From Gekko japonicus (taxonomy: Eukaryota): a stretch of 64,000 bases of DNA. The translations under genes and the position numbers were made by a program. Positions 61,996-64,000 of the stretch are shown one piece after another. Below the pieces are notes generated by a model. It was given only the letters and a program-made list of their open reading frames with translations, had not been told where the DNA came from and did no database searches. Within the stretch, counting starts at the first letter, position 1; each line of letters opens with the position of its first letter. The stretch covers positions 792,748 to 856,747 of the forward strand of contig NW_015172017.1 of NCBI RefSeq assembly GCF_001447785.1. Direction: 5' to 3'.

Positions 61996-64000
61996 CTGCA
62001 GGGAAAAAAAAGGTGATTTTTTTTCCAAAATTAGCATTCTTTCAAATCCAATCCAATCCAAATGGGCTTGGCTGCAAGGCAATGCTGGGTAGCCAGGAAG
62101 GCGCTCCGTTTTTAGTACAAACGGCTGGCTCTAAGACATGGGGGGGGAGAGGGGCGTGCGTGCGTTGGGGCGGGTGGGGGGTTATTTTTTAAAAAAACCA
62201 GGAAGCTGAGCTCCAGTGAAGGAAGGGTTGGGGGTTTTCGCCTTGCTGCCCTGTGAAAGGAGAAGGGGACAGGTTGAGTCAGGGTACCCTGGATACGTTT
62301 GCCCCATTTCTCCCCATGTTTCCCCCGCCCCGGCTGGCCGCCGTCTGCTTCCCAGGGGGCTTCCCCTCCAAGTTCCCAGCTGCCTCCGGGCGGGCGGGGC
62401 GGGTTCGCATTCCGCCCGGCTGGCCGCCCACTTCCGCTGGTTGCCAAGGAAGTGAATCCATCGTTGGGGGCCACCTGAGAGCCCTGCAGCAGGAGGGCTG
62501 TGTTGAAGCTTGCACACACATAGCCTGAAGCAAAGATGGAGAGGAGACCCGCATAACCCCCCCCCCCAGTGTTCTAAAGAGGTGGGGCAGCTGCCCGCAG
62601 AGCCTCTGTTATGGCTTGACAAGCACCAAGGCGTTCTAGCAGAATACTTCCCTTGGGGATTTTTTTACATCCATTTAGCACGGTTCTGAATGGCAAGTGT
62701 TCGTTAGTTGCAAGACGGGACCCAGAAGTGCAGGATTACATCACACCCCTCTGCTTTCTCTCCCCCCCCCCCCCCCTTCGACTCAATGTTTTAAAGGCCA
62801 CGAACACCACGGCAACTAATCCCACTGCCAAGGGACTGCTTACTCGAGGAGTCAACTAGAACACTAATTCCCTAGCTGTTCCAGAGCTTGACTGACTGAT
62901 GCTGCCCCCAACACGTAACGAAAAGGCAGGCAATCTGCGATCCCCCTAAAATAGTCACCTTCTCTCTCTGGCTCTCTGTTCCTAACCGACTAACACGCCC
63001 CTATATACAGCAACATGCCTTTCCACGAGTCCTAATAATGTGATTAAACACGCTGCTTATTATAGATGTTTTAGCAGAACAGTATGGCTATACCTGACCT
63101 ACGTTCTCTCTTTACTGGAAATTGGCCCACACGCCAATTACGTTCCCTACAGACTGTACCTCTCTGTAGCACTCCATTCTAGGGCGCTTGCAGTCATCTT
63201 TCTAGTTTCTTTGGAACAGGATGCCACTGGGATTGGAACGGCCTGTTTTTAGAACAGCATGCAAGCCTGCAATTTTCAAAAGGGCCTTTTTTTTTTGGTA
63301 AATTCTAATTAGGGTTTTATTAGCACATGCACTTCCGAGCAACCGCAAGAGTTATCTGGGGCCAGCTGTGCAGGGAAAAGACAGCCCACAAGTACACAGT
63401 AGATCCAGGACTCTAAGTGGGCCTAATTAAAGCAAAGACTAATAGCACCCAATAGGACCCAGAGGTGAGAGTACCAACGACAGATCAGGCAAGGCTACAG
63501 CCTAGCAGAGATACAGATGGTTGTGGGGAACAGGTGATGCAGGCCAAAGCTTGCGTGGGTAACAGATTGGCTTTCCATCTTGCCTCTTTTCTAGGCTATC
63601 AACCAGACTATTCTTCTGGGTTTCCGAATACAGTATTTACTTACAGTCCAATGCCACAGGTGCTCTATTAGGGGTAGCCGCTGCTATAAGCTATCAAATA
63701 TCCAAAGCCTTTAATCTTTGCATTTTCCTTTGGCGTCAAGGGTCATGCCTCGTCCTGTCGACAGGCTCTGCCACCCCCACCCTCTGCCTCCTCTTGTTTC
63801 TATCTGCCCTGCACCGGCATGGCGCACCCCCACAAACGCAGCTGCACTGCCCCGAGAGCCAAAACACGGTAAGACGCCACAGCACGTAGCTTTGCCCTCA
63901 CAAGGGCTTGGCGTTTTCCACTGAGGGTCGGAGAGCAACACAGGGCCAACCTCAAAAAGGTGATGCCAACAAGATGCAAATGCTGCCCCGGCTCCAAGCC

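Overview
Vertebrate genomic DNA, squamate and probably gecko-like (Sauria SINE, 5S-derived SINE, Squam3-like SINE, BovB, CR1). The left ~37 kb is a replication-dependent histone cluster (H2A, 3x H2B, 2x H4, all with 3' stem-loop plus U7 histone downstream element, HDE) interleaved with 10 tRNA genes. An intact 898-aa BED-finger/hAT transposase-derived gene (ZBED-like) lies in the middle of it. The right ~17 kb holds HNRNPC on the minus strand: all coding exons, the C1/C2 alternative donor and a 26-nt 5'UTR microexon. Main findings: (1) an 'empty' histone H1-like gene whose promoter is fused directly to the last codons (APKKK*) and 3' processing signals; (2) the domesticated ZBED gene, with a candidate non-coding first exon head-to-head with H2B, and a 140-bp copy of its start pasted into a CR1; (3) type I hammerhead ribozyme folds at 41.6 kb, 11.5 kb and in a Penelope-like inverted array at 18-19 kb; (4) a sharp homogenisation boundary between the two H4 genes and a second stem-loop behind one of them; (5) a candidate uORF exon in HNRNPC whose stop codon is the first codon of the microexon. 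All calls were made by eye; repeat family names and boundaries are approximate.
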